Assembly: GCA_049317365.1 (NCBI GenBank) | Contig: JBMOIK010000001.1 | Coordinates: forward strand, 1-46,852 | Length of the DNA stretch: 46,852 bases | Source of the DNA: Rectinemataceae bacterium | GTDB lineage: Bacteria > Spirochaetota > Spirochaetia > Treponematales > Rectinemataceae | Direction of reading: 5' to 3' | Shown here: one piece after another, positions 9,229 to 20,700 of the stretch | Position numbering within the stretch: position 1 is the stretch's first letter | How the letters are laid out: each line of letters starts with the position of its first letter | Notes under the pieces: model-generated | The model's database searches: none | Told to the model about the DNA's origin: nothing | What the model saw: only the letters and a program-made list of their open reading frames with translations | Made by a program: the position numbers and the translations under genes

Positions 9229-10899
9229 ATGAACAAGCCTTTCCGGAGTTCGGCGGTGGTCGACGGTATCGACAGGGCGGCGATGCGGGCACACCTCAAG
9301 GCCTGCGGCCTTCTTGACAGCGAGATGGATCGGCCATTTATCGGTATTGTGAACACATTCAACGAGATGCATCCCGGGCACCGTCACCTCCGGGAGCTCG
9401 CCCAGGCAGCCAAGGACGGTGTCCGGATCGCGGGCGGAGCCCCCTTCGAATTCTGCACCATCAGCATCTGCGACGGCATCAGCCAGGGCCACGTCGGCAT
9501 GTGCTACGTCCTGGCGTCAAGGGAGATCATCGCCGATTCCATCGAAGTCGTGGCCCAGGCCCAGCAGCTCGATGGCCTCGTGTTGCTGGCCTCCTGCGAC
9601 AAGATCGTACCGGCTGTAATGATGGCCATCGGACGCCTCGACATACCCTGCGTCGTCGTCACCGGTGGGCCGATGCTCCCCGGCAAGTTCATGGGCCGGG
9701 ATATCGCGATTTACGAGATGCGAGAGGCTGCCTCGGAGCTCCAGGCCGGCACAATGACCCAGGAAGAGTTCAACGAAATGGAGGACTGCGTCTGTCCGAC
9801 TTCCGGGTCCTGTTCGATGATGGGGACTGCGAACACCATGTCCTGCTTTGCCGAAGCCCTTGGCCTCACTGTTCCCGGTTGCTCCACGACCCATGCCGTG
9901 TTCTCGAAAAAGCTGCGTGAGGCGAAGGAAAGCGGCATGGCTGCGGTGGAACTCGTAAAGGCGGGCACCAAGCCCTCGGACATAGTGACGAAGGCCTCGT
10001 TTGAGAACGCGATGGTTGTCAACATGGCCATCGGCGGCTCGACCAATTCCCTCATCCACATACCCGCCATAGCCGGTGAATTCGGCTTCGAAGTGACGCC
10101 GGCTGATTTTGAGCGCGTCAGCAGGGCGACGCCGCATCTTGTCGGCGTCAAGCCATCGGGCAAGCTCAGCCTCTGGGAATTCGACCAGGCCGGAGGCGTG
10201 CCAGCCGTGATGAAGGAGCTCGGTCCTCTCCGCCTCGATCTTTCCGCCAGGACAATCAGCGGGAAGTCCTGGGACGAGATCATACGCACTAAACGCAACA
10301 AGAACCCTGAGCATGTGCGCCCCCTCTCCAATCCCGTCCACGCCGAGGGAAGCCTCGCCATACTCAGCGGCAGCCTCGCTCCCGAGGGCGCGGCAGTGAA
10401 ACAGACTGCGGTCGTTCCCGCGATGCTCAAGCATACGGGTCCTGCCCGGGTCTTCGACTCGCAGGAAGACGCCACAGAGGCAATGTACTCGGGCACGATC
10501 AACAAGGGCGATGTCATTGTCATCCGCTATGAAGGGCCGAAGGGCGGGCCCGGCATGCGGGAAATGCTCGTGGCCACGACGGCCCTCATGGGCCTGGGCC
10601 TGGGGGACAGCACGGCGCTTGTCACCGATGGGCGCTTCTCCGGAGGGACGCGGGGTCCCTGCATCGGGCATGTGGCTCCAGAAGCGGCCGAAGGCGGTCC
10701 GATTGCCCTGGTGCGCGATGGAGACCGGATTAGCATCGACATTCCCGGTCGCGCCCTCACGCTCCATGTCGACGAGGCAGAGCTTGCCATCCGGAAGCTG
10801 GCCTGGAAACCCATTCCACCCAAGGTCAATTCCAAGTACATGAACCGTTACAGGAAACTTGTAGGCAGCGTTTGGAAAGGCGCCATCCTTGCTGAGTAA
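9229..10899 (+). CDS. ilvD: dihydroxy-acid dehydratase family (IlvD/Edd) enzyme
   Basis: [17 protein letters not shown] and [16 protein letters not shown] lies 7 nt upstream of the ATG at 9229. Confidence 0.9.
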   Translation: MNKPFRSSAVVDGIDRAAMRAHLKACGLLDSEMDRPFIGIVNTFNEMHPGHRHLRELAQAAKDGVRIAGGAPFEFCTISICDGISQGHVGMCYVLASREIIADSIEVVAQAQQLDGLVLLASCDKIVPAVMMAIGRLDIPCVVVTGGPMLPGKFMGRDIAIYEMREAASELQAGTMTQEEFNEMEDCVCPTSGSCSMMGTANTMSCFAEALGLTVPGCSTTHAVFSKKLREAKESGMAAVELVKAGTKPSDIVTKASFENAMVVNMAIGGSTNSLIHIPAIAGEFGFEVTPADFERVSRATPHLVGVKPSGKLSLWEFDQAGGVPAVMKELGPLRLDLSARTISGKSWDEIIRTKRNKNPEHVRPLSNPVHAEGSLAILSGSLAPEGAAVKQTAVVPAMLKHTGPARVFDSQEDATEAMYSGTINKGDVIVIRYEGPKGGPGMREMLVATTALMGLGLGDSTALVTDGRFSGGTRGPCIGHVAPEAAEGGPIALVRDGDRISIDIPGRALTLHVDEAELAIRKLAWKPIPPKVNSKYMNRYRKLVGSVWKGAILAE

Positions 10900-10911
10900 A
10901 AGGAGATAATC

Positions 10912-12276
10912 ATGGACATCAGAAAGGATATACTTGCGCGCTTCGAGGCCAGGACCAGGCGTTCCAGGAACTTTGACGGGCAGGCCAAGCTGTCGCTGCC
11001 GGGAGGGGATACGCGTTGGGCGACGTATTACCTTCCCTGGCCCACCTATATGGCCAGTGGCTCCGGCTGCAGGGTCCAGGATGTCGACGGGAACGAGTAC
11101 CTGGACTTCCTCAACAATTATACCTCCCTGGTGCATGGACATCGCCACCCCCGGGTCATGGAAGCAATACGCCAGGCCCTCGACGAGGACCTGATCTTCG
11201 GCGCTCCCGCGGAGAGCCAGTTCATCCTTGCGGACCTCATCACAGGGCGCATGCCTGGGATCAAGCGCCTGCGCTACACGAACTCGGGCACCGAAGCCAC
11301 CATGATGGCCATGCGTGCGGCGCGCATGTTCACCAAGCGCGAAATCATCATCAAGATGGACGGCTGCTACCACGGATCCCATGACTTCGCCGAGATCAAT
11401 ATCACACCGGATCTCAGCGGGCAAGCGATGCCGACGCCGAAGACAGAGGCTGTGGGAATACCCGAGTGCCTCCTCGACGCCGTAAAGGTCGCGCGCTTCA
11501 ACGATCTTGGCAGCGTCGAAAGGCTGCTGGAGGAACACAGGGGCAAGGTAGCCGGCATCATCACCGAACCCCTGCAGAACCAGGCCGGAATCATCCCTGC
11601 CTCGGTCGAGTTCCTCAGGGGATTGCGGGAGCTCGCAGACCGCTACGGAGTGCTCCTCATCTTCGACGAGGTCGTCACCTTCCGCCTGAGCACGGGCGGG
11701 TCGCAGAAAATGCTCGGCGTCATTCCCGACATCACCGCAATTGGCAAGATCATCGGTGGTGGCTTCGCCATCGGAGCCTTCGGCGGCAGCGAGGAAGTGA
11801 TGTCCATCTTCGATCCAGCTGGCAGCTCGGGCTATCATCACTCGGGCACCTTCAACGGCCACAATGTCACCATGAGGGCTGGTGCCGCTTCCGTGGAGCT
11901 CCTCGACGAGGATGCCATTGCCCACATCGACAGCCTCGGCGCGAGGCTCCAGAAAGGCATCGATGGCGCGTTCCATAAGGCCGGGATCGCGGGTCGGACG
12001 ACGCGGGTCGGATCCCTCGTATACAGCCACTGGACGAATGGTAAAATAACCGAGTCCAGGGATGTCGTTCTTTGGAAGAAAAAAGCCGCTGATCTTCCAC
12101 GCTTTTTCCATCTCGAACTTCTCAACAAGGGCATCTTCGGGTCGAACCGGGGCCTTTTCAACATATCCACGCCAATGAGCGAATCCGATGTGGACCAGGC
12201 TATTGTCGTGATAGGTGAAACCTTGGGAACCTTGAAACCCCTCGTCGCCGAATCTGCTCCACACCTGGTGCTTTGA
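10912..12276 (+). CDS. class III PLP aminotransferase, glutamate-1-semialdehyde aminomutase (HemL)-like, copy 1
   Basis: YTNSGTEATMMAMRAAR, DGCYHGSHD, IFDEVVTFR and the PLP-Lys context AIGKIIGGG. SD AAGGAG upstream. Confidence 0.9.
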   Translation: MDIRKDILARFEARTRRSRNFDGQAKLSLPGGDTRWATYYLPWPTYMASGSGCRVQDVDGNEYLDFLNNYTSLVHGHRHPRVMEAIRQALDEDLIFGAPAESQFILADLITGRMPGIKRLRYTNSGTEATMMAMRAARMFTKREIIIKMDGCYHGSHDFAEINITPDLSGQAMPTPKTEAVGIPECLLDAVKVARFNDLGSVERLLEEHRGKVAGIITEPLQNQAGIIPASVEFLRGLRELADRYGVLLIFDEVVTFRLSTGGSQKMLGVIPDITAIGKIIGGGFAIGAFGGSEEVMSIFDPAGSSGYHHSGTFNGHNVTMRAGAASVELLDEDAIAHIDSLGARLQKGIDGAFHKAGIAGRTTRVGSLVYSHWTNGKITESRDVVLWKKKAADLPRFFHLELLNKGIFGSNRGLFNISTPMSESDVDQAIVVIGETLGTLKPLVAESAPHLVL

Positions 12277-13394
12277 AGGTGGGGCAGCTCCGGACTCTGA
12301 GCCTGGCCGGCTCCCCGCGCGAGCGGGGACGCGCTCATGGCGAGACTTTTAAGGTAGAGATAGTTGCGCATATGCAGGCCTGGGCCCAGGAGTGCCGGAA
12401 GGATACGGGCCTTGAGCCCCTGGCCTACCTTGACAGGTTCTATAACGAGACGGATTTCCTGCCCGCCATCCGCCGCCTGACACCGGAGCTCCTTGAGGAA
12501 ACCGAGGGCATCGCCGAGGGCTCGGCTCTTCCCTTTCCCCTTGTGTTCGCCAGGCAGCTCAGTGATGAGGAGCCGTGGTTCAGGATGTGTCTGAAGCTTG
12601 GTGTCGATGTCCGCGAACATTGCACTTCCCTGGGCGCAAAGGGTCAGCTGGGTTCGCCCAACGTCATCGGGCAGAATATGGACACGCCTCGCTATTATGA
12701 GGGATTCCAGACCTTGCTGAAAATCAGCGAGAGCGATGGCACCATGGCATTGATTTTTTCCCTGACCGGAAAGCTCTCGCTCTGTGGGATGAATAGTCAC
12801 GGCCTCGGCATCTGCTGCAACAGCCTTCCCCAGATGGCCTTTGACCGCAGGGGCCTCGCCGAGGACTTCATAGTGCGTAGGGTTCTCCAGCTTCACAGCG
12901 CCCGGGAAGCCCTGGCCTTCCTTTTGACGGTACCCCACGCCTCGGGACAGAACTACCTCATCGGCGGGCCTGACGGCATATTCGACCTGGAGTGCTCGGC
13001 TGGGGCCGTAGTCGCATGGGAACCAGATCCAGAGGGCGGTCGCTTCTGGCATGCGAACCATCCCCTCGTGAACCGCGATTCGAAGCTCTGGGACGAGAAG
13101 CTGGCCATGATGCGCGCCACCGATCCCGATCGCTACGAGGCCTTCACGTCCCGGTTTACGACCTTCCGCCGCCATGAGGTGGTGGAGCGCAGGGTCAGGG
13201 AAACGAAGGTTCTCGACGCCAGCTCCGTAGAGGCCATCCTTTCTGACCGCGAGGCTCCGCTTTGCCTTTGCGGCGAAGGTGGGCCGAACATCACGCTAGG
13301 TACAATTGTAATGATATGTGACGCAAAGGAACCACGGATGCGGGTCGCTGCGTTGCCAGGTCGCGGAGGGGAATACGAGGAACACGGATTTTGA
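12273..13394 (+). CDS. C45-family Ntn hydrolase (acyl-CoA:6-APA acyltransferase / carcinine-hydrolase-like)
   Basis: Putative nucleophile context REHCTSLGAKG. TTG start overlapping the upstream stop (TTGA), with an in-frame GTG at 12279 as an alternative. Confidence 0.75.
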   Translation: MKVGQLRTLSLAGSPRERGRAHGETFKVEIVAHMQAWAQECRKDTGLEPLAYLDRFYNETDFLPAIRRLTPELLEETEGIAEGSALPFPLVFARQLSDEEPWFRMCLKLGVDVREHCTSLGAKGQLGSPNVIGQNMDTPRYYEGFQTLLKISESDGTMALIFSLTGKLSLCGMNSHGLGICCNSLPQMAFDRRGLAEDFIVRRVLQLHSAREALAFLLTVPHASGQNYLIGGPDGIFDLECSAGAVVAWEPDPEGGRFWHANHPLVNRDSKLWDEKLAMMRATDPDRYEAFTSRFTTFRRHEVVERRVRETKVLDASSVEAILSDREAPLCLCGEGGPNITLGTIVMICDAKEPRMRVAALPGRGGEYEEHGF

Positions 13395-13453
13395 TGGACA
13401 TCCTGGGGATGCCCATATTCAGGATCATCACGCAGTACGCTAAAGGAGCAGTC

Positions 13454-14338
13454 ATGAAACGAGTGGTTGTCGCACTGGCATTATTTGCCGCGCTATCGGT
13501 TCCGGTCCTTGCACAGGAAGCCCTGGGGATAGATACATCGCTGGTCGTCGCTTCTACGCTGGAGATGAAGGCGGAGGTTTCCAAGACCTGGTCTGAATCG
13601 ACTCCGTTTGGCGGACTCGCCTTTACTCCCGCCCTTGAACTGTCGCCCATCACGGTAGCCGGAAGGGCCGCCCTTACCTGGTCAGCCCCGATTCCCCTCG
13701 TGACTGCCACCCTTGGCGGCACGGTCGGTTCCGGCTGGAAATTCCTCAGCATCGCAAATGGTGTTGGCGTGCAGCAGGCTGGCTTGGCGACAATGAAGTA
13801 TTCCGAGAGCCCCTTCTCCGGAATCTACTTCAAGGGCAGGGCAGGAGGGGCAATCCAGTTTGACACTGCCGCAATATGGCCTGGCGAATGGAATTCCCTG
13901 ATTACGCAAAGCTACCACGAGATTTACTATGAGTACCTGACTGGTACTAGTGCAAGCGATGTCTGGCTTTACGAAGCAGGCGGAAGCAAGATCAACGGCT
14001 TCCGCTACCGCTCGAGCTCAGTGCTCGGCTACCAGATGCCTCTCGTGCTTTCCAGGGTTCTCGCGATGCTGGAGACCGATATCAGGGTGACCAACCAAAA
14101 GACCTCCACCATGGCCTCGGGCGGCTGGGGCTCTGATTTCCTTTATATGGTGCCTGGATTCCTCGCCACCTTCTCCTTCGGAAAAAACACAAGCCTGGAC
14201 ACGACCGTCCAGTTCCAGAACAAGCTCAACTACACGAGTCCACTGGACGCTTCGCTTTACTCGAGCAAGGTAGATGCAGCAAATCCCGTGGGCTGGGCTT
14301 TCCGTCGCGTGGCGGTGATACTCAACGTCAAGTTGTGA
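13454..14338 (+). CDS. secreted / outer-membrane beta-barrel-like hypothetical protein
   Basis: Sec signal peptide MKRVVVALALFAALSVPVLAQE after SD AAAGGAG. The mature part has alternating hydrophobic/polar, Gly/Ser/Thr/Tyr-rich composition typical of beta-barrels. No family recognised. Confidence 0.6.
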   Translation: MKRVVVALALFAALSVPVLAQEALGIDTSLVVASTLEMKAEVSKTWSESTPFGGLAFTPALELSPITVAGRAALTWSAPIPLVTATLGGTVGSGWKFLSIANGVGVQQAGLATMKYSESPFSGIYFKGRAGGAIQFDTAAIWPGEWNSLITQSYHEIYYEYLTGTSASDVWLYEAGGSKINGFRYRSSSVLGYQMPLVLSRVLAMLETDIRVTNQKTSTMASGGWGSDFLYMVPGFLATFSFGKNTSLDTTVQFQNKLNYTSPLDASLYSSKVDAANPVGWAFRRVAVILNVKL

Positions 14339-14344
14339 GATTAT

Positions 14345-15766
14345 ATGCCTGAATTCGAACTGGTGATCCGGGGGGGGCGCGTCATCGACCCCGCCTCCGG
14401 GGTGGACGCCGTCATGGACCTGGCCGTCGAGGCAGGAAAGATCGCCGCCCTCTCGAGCTCCACCCTGGTCGGGAGGAGGGTCATCGATGCCTCGGGTCTC
14501 GTCGTCGCCCCCGGTTTCATCGACATCCACAGCCATGTGGACGGCATTCCCCATGCAGGCCATTGCAATGCCAGGATGGGGGTCACCACCGTCGTTGCGG
14601 GCAATTGCGGCACGACGGTCGCGCCAGAAGGCCTCGATGTCGCTGCCTTCCTGGATCGCGTGGACGGGAATTTCCCCGTCAATACTGCCTTTCTGACGGG
14701 CGCCTCCGATATCCGCAAGGCCGCAGGCGTCGATCCGGGGAAACCCGCCTCCGACGAGGATATCGGGCGCATGCTCAAGCTGGCCCAGCGGGCCCTTGAC
14801 GGGGGTGCGATCGGCCTGTCCTTTGGCATCGAGTATTCGCCCGGTACCAGTTTGAAAGAGCTCAAAGCCTTCGGCAACCTGGCCCGTGAACGCGATATTC
14901 CCTGTCCCGTGCATATCCGCTCCAGCGGGCCCTTTGTGCCCTTCCTGAAATCAGGGGCCCCGGCAGCCATCAGGGAAGTCCTCGACGCGGCGCGCACGAC
15001 ACAGGCCCGCTTCCATATCTCCCATATAGGAGGGCAGATCGGCATTCGGACGCGGCCTCGCGAAGCACTCCTTCAAGAAGGCCTCCGGCTGGTCGAGGAG
15101 GCGAGGGCGGAGGGGCTCGACATCGAGTCCGACATGCACCCCTATGACGCGGGTGGCACCTGGATCGATGCCGCCTTGCTGGACATTTTCGAGATGGGAT
15201 TTCCCGTTCCCCAGGTCATAAAAAACAGCGTCTTCCTCGACATCGGCATGATTGAAGTGGGCACGGGACCCCATGCGGGAGAACGCCTTACGCGCCCGCT
15301 TCTCCGACAGATACGGAAGAAGGACCCGAGAACCCTGGTAGTACTCCATTTTTTTGATCGGGACCTCATCGAGCAAGTACTGCTGCGAAAGTGGGTTTCC
15401 TTCATCTCCGATGGCGATTTCGACCCTGTCACCGGATCTCCTTCCCATCCACGCTGTTCTGGCACCTTCCCGCGCTTTATCCAATGGCTTGTGCGGGAGA
15501 GGAAGGTCATGAGCCTCAGCGAGGCCCTGGAACGCATGACCATCATGCCGGCCCGTCGCTTCGGCCTTGAAAAGAAGGGGCGACTCTCCTTGGGTTCGGA
15601 TGCGGATATCGTCATTTTCGATTTTGCGACGATGGCGGATAACGCGAGCTATCGGGAACCCGACACGGCACCATCGGGGATCAGGCATGTTTTCGTCAAT
15701 GGCACGGCTGTCCTGGATGGCGGAGTCATGACCGATCTCAAGCCTGGCAGGGCGTTACGCTTCTAG
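14345..15766 (+). CDS. N-acyl-D-amino-acid deacylase (D-aminoacylase)-family amidohydrolase, copy A
   Basis: Metal-ligand contexts GFIDIHSHVD, AGNCG, CPVHIR, FHISHIGG and FISDGD. Confidence 0.85.
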   Translation: MPEFELVIRGGRVIDPASGVDAVMDLAVEAGKIAALSSSTLVGRRVIDASGLVVAPGFIDIHSHVDGIPHAGHCNARMGVTTVVAGNCGTTVAPEGLDVAAFLDRVDGNFPVNTAFLTGASDIRKAAGVDPGKPASDEDIGRMLKLAQRALDGGAIGLSFGIEYSPGTSLKELKAFGNLARERDIPCPVHIRSSGPFVPFLKSGAPAAIREVLDAARTTQARFHISHIGGQIGIRTRPREALLQEGLRLVEEARAEGLDIESDMHPYDAGGTWIDAALLDIFEMGFPVPQVIKNSVFLDIGMIEVGTGPHAGERLTRPLLRQIRKKDPRTLVVLHFFDRDLIEQVLLRKWVSFISDGDFDPVTGSPSHPRCSGTFPRFIQWLVRERKVMSLSEALERMTIMPARRFGLEKKGRLSLGSDADIVIFDFATMADNASYREPDTAPSGIRHVFVNGTAVLDGGVMTDLKPGRALRF

Positions 15767-15788
15767 CGATGCGCAACAACAGAGGAGG

Positions 15789-16910
15789 GTGATTGTGGCT
15801 GTGATTCTTGAACTCCTGTTCATCGGTAGTGCGACGATCATCGCCGTGGCAATCGCGTTCTTCCTCTATCGAGCCATCGCGCCGAGGCACACGCCTCCCA
15901 TCCGCGATGGGTCGGGTCGAGTCGTGCCTGCTTCGATAGCCGAACTCACGAGCGTCCAGATAGAAGGTCTTCGCCAGTGGCTTCTCATCCGAGGCCGGGA
16001 CGCATCAAAGCCCGTTCTCCTGTTCCTCCATGGTGGCCCCGGCTCCGCGCATATCGGCGTCTTCCGCCGCTACCAGCGTGAGCTCGAGCGGCACTTTGTC
16101 GTCGTCCAGTGGGACCAGCGCGGGGCTGGCTTGTCAGGCGAGGGCCCTCTCGACGACGCGAGCTTGAACAAGGAACAATTCATACAAGATGGCCTTGCGG
16201 TCACCGATTACCTCCGTTCGCGCTTCAAGGTACCGAAGGTCTACCTCGTCGGGCACTCCTGGGGCACGGGCCTCGGATATATCCTGGCCCAGCGTCATCC
16301 CGACCGCTATCTCGCCTATGCCGGCATCGCCTGCATGTCGAACGATCTGGGGAAGCGCAACTACGACGCCACGCTGGCGAAGGCACGTGAGGTCGGGGAT
16401 CGAGAGGCCATCTCCGACCTCGAGCTTCTCGGTCCCCCGCCTTTCAGGAAGATACCCCAGGTGAAGGGACTCCTCCACAAGGTCGAGCCCGGACACGAGG
16501 GTCTGGCCGGCATGCTCATTGTTTTCAAGCACTGCGAACGACTCCACGGAGACGCACTGCGGCTCAACATGACCAGGATCTTCGTGCGCGATCTACTCCT
16601 GTCGAAGGAGTACAGGCTTTCGGACTCCCTGGCGTGGATGAAGCGCAAGGGTCACCTGATAAACCTGACCTACCATGAATGCAACGAGAACCTCGATCTG
16701 GAAGGCGAAGGGACCTCCTTCGAGCTCCCGGTGTACTTCCTGCTCGGAAGGCATGACCTCCAGACAGCGGCTGGCGCTGCAGCAGAGCTTTTCGAGAAGC
16801 TCACGGCGCCCAAAAAAGAGCTTGTTTGGTTCGATGCGAGCCATCACATCATGTGGGAGAAAACCGGGGAGTACCAGGATGTCCTGGTCCGGCTCTTCGA
16901 TCAGCTTTGA
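15789..16910 (+). CDS. alpha/beta hydrolase, S33 prolyl-aminopeptidase-like, with N-terminal TM helix
   Basis: FLHGGPGS and the nucleophile elbow VGHSWG. N-terminal hydrophobic segment. The in-frame GTG at 15795 has better SD spacing than 15789. Confidence 0.8.
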   Translation: MIVAVILELLFIGSATIIAVAIAFFLYRAIAPRHTPPIRDGSGRVVPASIAELTSVQIEGLRQWLLIRGRDASKPVLLFLHGGPGSAHIGVFRRYQRELERHFVVVQWDQRGAGLSGEGPLDDASLNKEQFIQDGLAVTDYLRSRFKVPKVYLVGHSWGTGLGYILAQRHPDRYLAYAGIACMSNDLGKRNYDATLAKAREVGDREAISDLELLGPPPFRKIPQVKGLLHKVEPGHEGLAGMLIVFKHCERLHGDALRLNMTRIFVRDLLLSKEYRLSDSLAWMKRKGHLINLTYHECNENLDLEGEGTSFELPVYFLLGRHDLQTAAGAAAELFEKLTAPKKELVWFDASHHIMWEKTGEYQDVLVRLFDQL

Positions 16911-16926
16911 GAAAGAGGTGGCAATT

Positions 16927-17703
16927 GTGCACGCTGTGTTGATGGAAGAAATGACCTGGCCGGAAATCAGGGACGCCATGGAAGCTGGCGCCACGACCGT
17001 GATAATCCCCGTCGGAGCGGTCGAGCAGCACGGTCCACATCTCGCCCTGGGCACCGATGCCCTGATGGGGCAGGTAGATGCTGTCCAACTCGCAGGGCGA
17101 CTCGGCAACGCCCTTGTCGCGCCGGTGATTCGCCCTGGCATCTCTCCTCACCACCTGTCCTTTCCTGGCACCCTGAGCCTGCGGAAGGAGACCCTTGTCA
17201 TGGTTCTCGAGGACTACGTCGCAAGCTATGTGCGCCATGGATTCCGGAAAATGCTTTTCTTCTGCAGCCATGGGGGAAACTACGATGCGGTAAGGGAAAC
17301 CGTCGAGCGGATGCGCATAGCCTATCCGGACTGCCGCTTCTATCCCGAACCCGATCTCCTTGAGCTACTCGGAAGGATGAACGGGGTTGGCTCCGACGAG
17401 GGCATCAGGCCCGAAGAGGTAGGCGCACACGCCGGCGATTCCGAAGCCTCGCAGATGCTCGCCTATTTCCCCGAATTGGTACGGATGGAAAGGGCGGAGG
17501 CCGGCTTCCTGGCGCCCTTCGACAGGGTAGCGAAGAAACGCCTCTTCGAAGGCGGCACGAGGAGTCTCTCAGAGATCGGCGTGATCGGCGATCCGCGCAG
17601 GGCCACAGCAAAGCGGGGGAAGCGCTATGTCGCGGCGACGGTCGAACTTCTTGAAAAGACAATTCGCGACTGGGACGCGGCGCCGGAGCGTGAAAAAATA
17701 TGA
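16927..17703 (+). CDS. creatininase-family amidase
   Basis: IIPVGAVEQHGPHLALGTD and FFCSHGGN. The start is ambiguous (GTG 16918/16927 or ATG 16942). The track ORF from 16675 is an overlap artefact with the upstream gene. Confidence 0.8.
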   Translation: MHAVLMEEMTWPEIRDAMEAGATTVIIPVGAVEQHGPHLALGTDALMGQVDAVQLAGRLGNALVAPVIRPGISPHHLSFPGTLSLRKETLVMVLEDYVASYVRHGFRKMLFFCSHGGNYDAVRETVERMRIAYPDCRFYPEPDLLELLGRMNGVGSDEGIRPEEVGAHAGDSEASQMLAYFPELVRMERAEAGFLAPFDRVAKKRLFEGGTRSLSEIGVIGDPRRATAKRGKRYVAATVELLEKTIRDWDAAPEREKI

Positions 17704-20700
17704 GGAAATTTGTCATGCTGGATGGCAATGCCGCAGCCGCCCATGTCGCGCACGCGGTGAGCGAAGTCGTTGTCATCTATCCCATAACTCCTTCTTCGCC
17801 AATGGGCGAGATTTCCGATGAATTCTCTGCCCAAGGACGGAAAAACATCTGGGGTACGATCCCCCAAGTCACGGAGATGCAGTCGGAAGCCGGCGCGGCT
17901 GGAGCTGCCCACGGCGCCATTACGACCGGATCCCTTACGACGACCTTCACCTCTTCTCAAGGGCTTCTTCTCATGATCCCCAACATGTTCAAGATAGCGG
18001 GTGAATGCAGCCCTGCGGTATTCCATGTGGCTGCGCGCGCTGTGGCAGCGCATGCGCTCTCTATCTTCGGCGACCATCAGGACGTAATGGCAGTTCGCCA
18101 GACTGGTTGGGCCATGCTTTCGTCCAATAATGTGCAGGAAGCCATGGACATGGCGCTTATCGCGCACGCTGCTACCCTCGAAGCGAGAGTGCCATTTGTC
18201 CATTTCTTCGATGGGTTCCGCACATCCCACGAGGTTGCTAAAATCGAGGAGCTCGGGTACGAGGTAATGCGGAGCATGATCCCCGGAAGGCTCGTCAAAG
18301 CCCATCGCGACCGGGGACTCAATCCTGAGAGGCCCACGCTCCGTGGCACAGCCCAGAATCCCGATGTCTATTTCATTGGGCGCGAGGCCGCGAACAAATA
18401 CTATTTAGAGGTTCCCGGCATTGTGGAGAGCTGCATGGAAAAGCTCGGGAGTCTCACAGGTCGCAGCTACGCTCCTTTCGAGTATAAGGGGGCACGCGAC
18501 GCACAGCGGGTCATCATAGTCATGGGATCTGGCTCAGAAGTCGTCGAGGAGGTAGTTGTTTGCCTTGCCGAGCGGGGAGAAAAGGTCGGTGTCCTAAAGG
18601 TACGACTATTCAGGCCCTTCTCGGGCGAGCGCTTCATCGCCGCCCTCCCCGAAACCGTTCGCAGGATCGCGGTGCTCGATCGGACGAAGGAACCTGGAGC
18701 TCTCGGCGAACCGCTCTACGAGGAGGTACGTGTAGCGCTCTGCGAATCCGGTGGCCTAGCCGGAGGGAATGTCTGGCCGCTGGTGACGGGAGGGCGCTAT
18801 GGTCTGGGATCGGCGGACTTCACCCCTGCGATGGCCAAGGCTGTGTTCGACGAACTCAGGAAGGACGACCCCAAGCCGCACTTCACCATTGGTATACATG
18901 ATGACGTGACCCATCTCTCCCTCCCCTGGGACGCCGACTTCCAGATCGCAGATGATGGCATCGTTGAGTGCCTTTTCTACGGTCTCGGTGCAGACGGCAC
19001 CGTGGGAGCGAACAAGAACTCGATCAAGATGATCGGCGACGAGACGATGAACAACGCCCAAGGCTACTTCGAGTACGACTCCAAGAAGGCAGGCACCTAT
19101 ACGATCAGCCACCTGCGCTTTGGTCCCAAGGCAATCAGGAAACCTTATCTCGTCAGCAGGGCGGACTTCATCGCCTGTCACAAGTTTTCCTTCGTCGAGA
19201 AGCTCGACATGCTTGGGAGCGCAAAGATCGGAGCAGCCTTCCTCCTCAACAGCCCCTATGACGAAAGTGCCGTATGGAAGGAACTGCCGATCGAGGTCCA
19301 GCGCCAGATCATCGCGAAGAAGCTTCGCTTATTTGTGATTGATGGGATGGCAATCGCGGAAAGGGCAGGGATGAAAGGCCGCATAAACACGATTATGCAG
19401 ACGGCCTTTTTCAAGATCTCTGGCGCCCTTCCCGAGAAGACGGCGATCGGACTCATCAAGGAATACACGGGCAAAAGCTATGAGCGAAAGGGAGCCGATA
19501 TCGTCGCAAAAAACATGGCGGCTATTGATCTTGCCCTGACCGGAGTCCGCGAGGTTCGATATCCTTCCACTGCTGACGGCAAACACCGCATGAAGAGCCC
19601 CGTTCCCTCGGAGGCGCCTTCTTTCGTGAAGGAAGTCCTGGGGCAGATGATCGCCCTTCGTGGCTCGCAGCTCAAGGTCAGCCAGTTGCCCGACGACGGA
19701 ACCTATCCAACCGGAACGACGCAATACGAGAAGAGGAACGTGGCTGAAAAGATCCCTGTATGGAACCCGGAGCTCTGCATCCAGTGCGGGCAGTGCACGA
19801 TGGTCTGCCCCCATGCGGTCATACGGCTCAAGGCATATGAAGCACGCTACGCGGCCGGCGCACCGCCTGCCTTCAAGTCGATCGAAGCAAAGGGGCGGGA
19901 GTTTGCCGGTTTCAGGGTCAGCCTCCAGGTGGCGCCAGAGGATTGCACAGGCTGTGGAGCCTGCGTTCATTCCTGCCCTCTCAAGGACAAGGCAGCGCCC
20001 GGCCGCAAGGCAATCAATCTCGAGCCACAGATGCCACTCCGCGACACAGAAGCAGCCAATTGGCAGTTCTTTCTAGGTATTCCCAACACCGATGCGAAGC
20101 TTCTCAACCTCTCGACGGCCAAGGGCATTTCGATGCGCCAGCCCCTTTTCGAATTCTCAGGCTGCTGTGCTGGCTGCGGGGAGACACCCTACGTCAAGCT
20201 TCTCTCACAACTCTTCGGCGACCGCCTATCGATGGGCAACGCCTCGGGTTGCTCCTCCGTCTATGGCGGCAACCTCCCCACAGTGCCCTATTCGAAGCGT
20301 GCGGATGGTCGTGGCCCTGTGTGGTCGAACAGCCTTTTCGAGGATGCCGCCGAGTTTGGTTTCGGCATGCGCCTCAGTGCGGACAAGCAGCGTGAATATG
20401 CGCGAGAGATCGTGGCCGAACATTCGGGTTCTGGCATTGATGACTCTCTCGCAGCCATGCTCCTTTCCAATAAGGAGTCGACGGACGAGGAGATCGATGC
20501 GGAGCGAACTGCTGTCGCAAAGCTGCGGCAATGCCTCGCATCCTCTGGCGAGGACTGGGCGCTCGAGCTCCTGGGGGTCGCCGACGCCCTCGTCAGGCGC
20601 TCAGTGTGGAGCATGGGTGGAGATGGCTGGGCCTATGACATCGGCTATGGTGGCCTCGATCATGTCCTCGCCATGGGACGCGACATAAACCTTCTTGTCC

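Noticed and set aside
9517-12264. 915-aa ORF on the minus strand
   Set aside because: It is exactly antisense to the well-supported IlvD-type and aminotransferase genes. It is rich in Arg/Gly/Ala/Pro/His with no recognisable motifs. Long antisense ORFs of this kind are the expected shadow of GC3-rich coding sequence.
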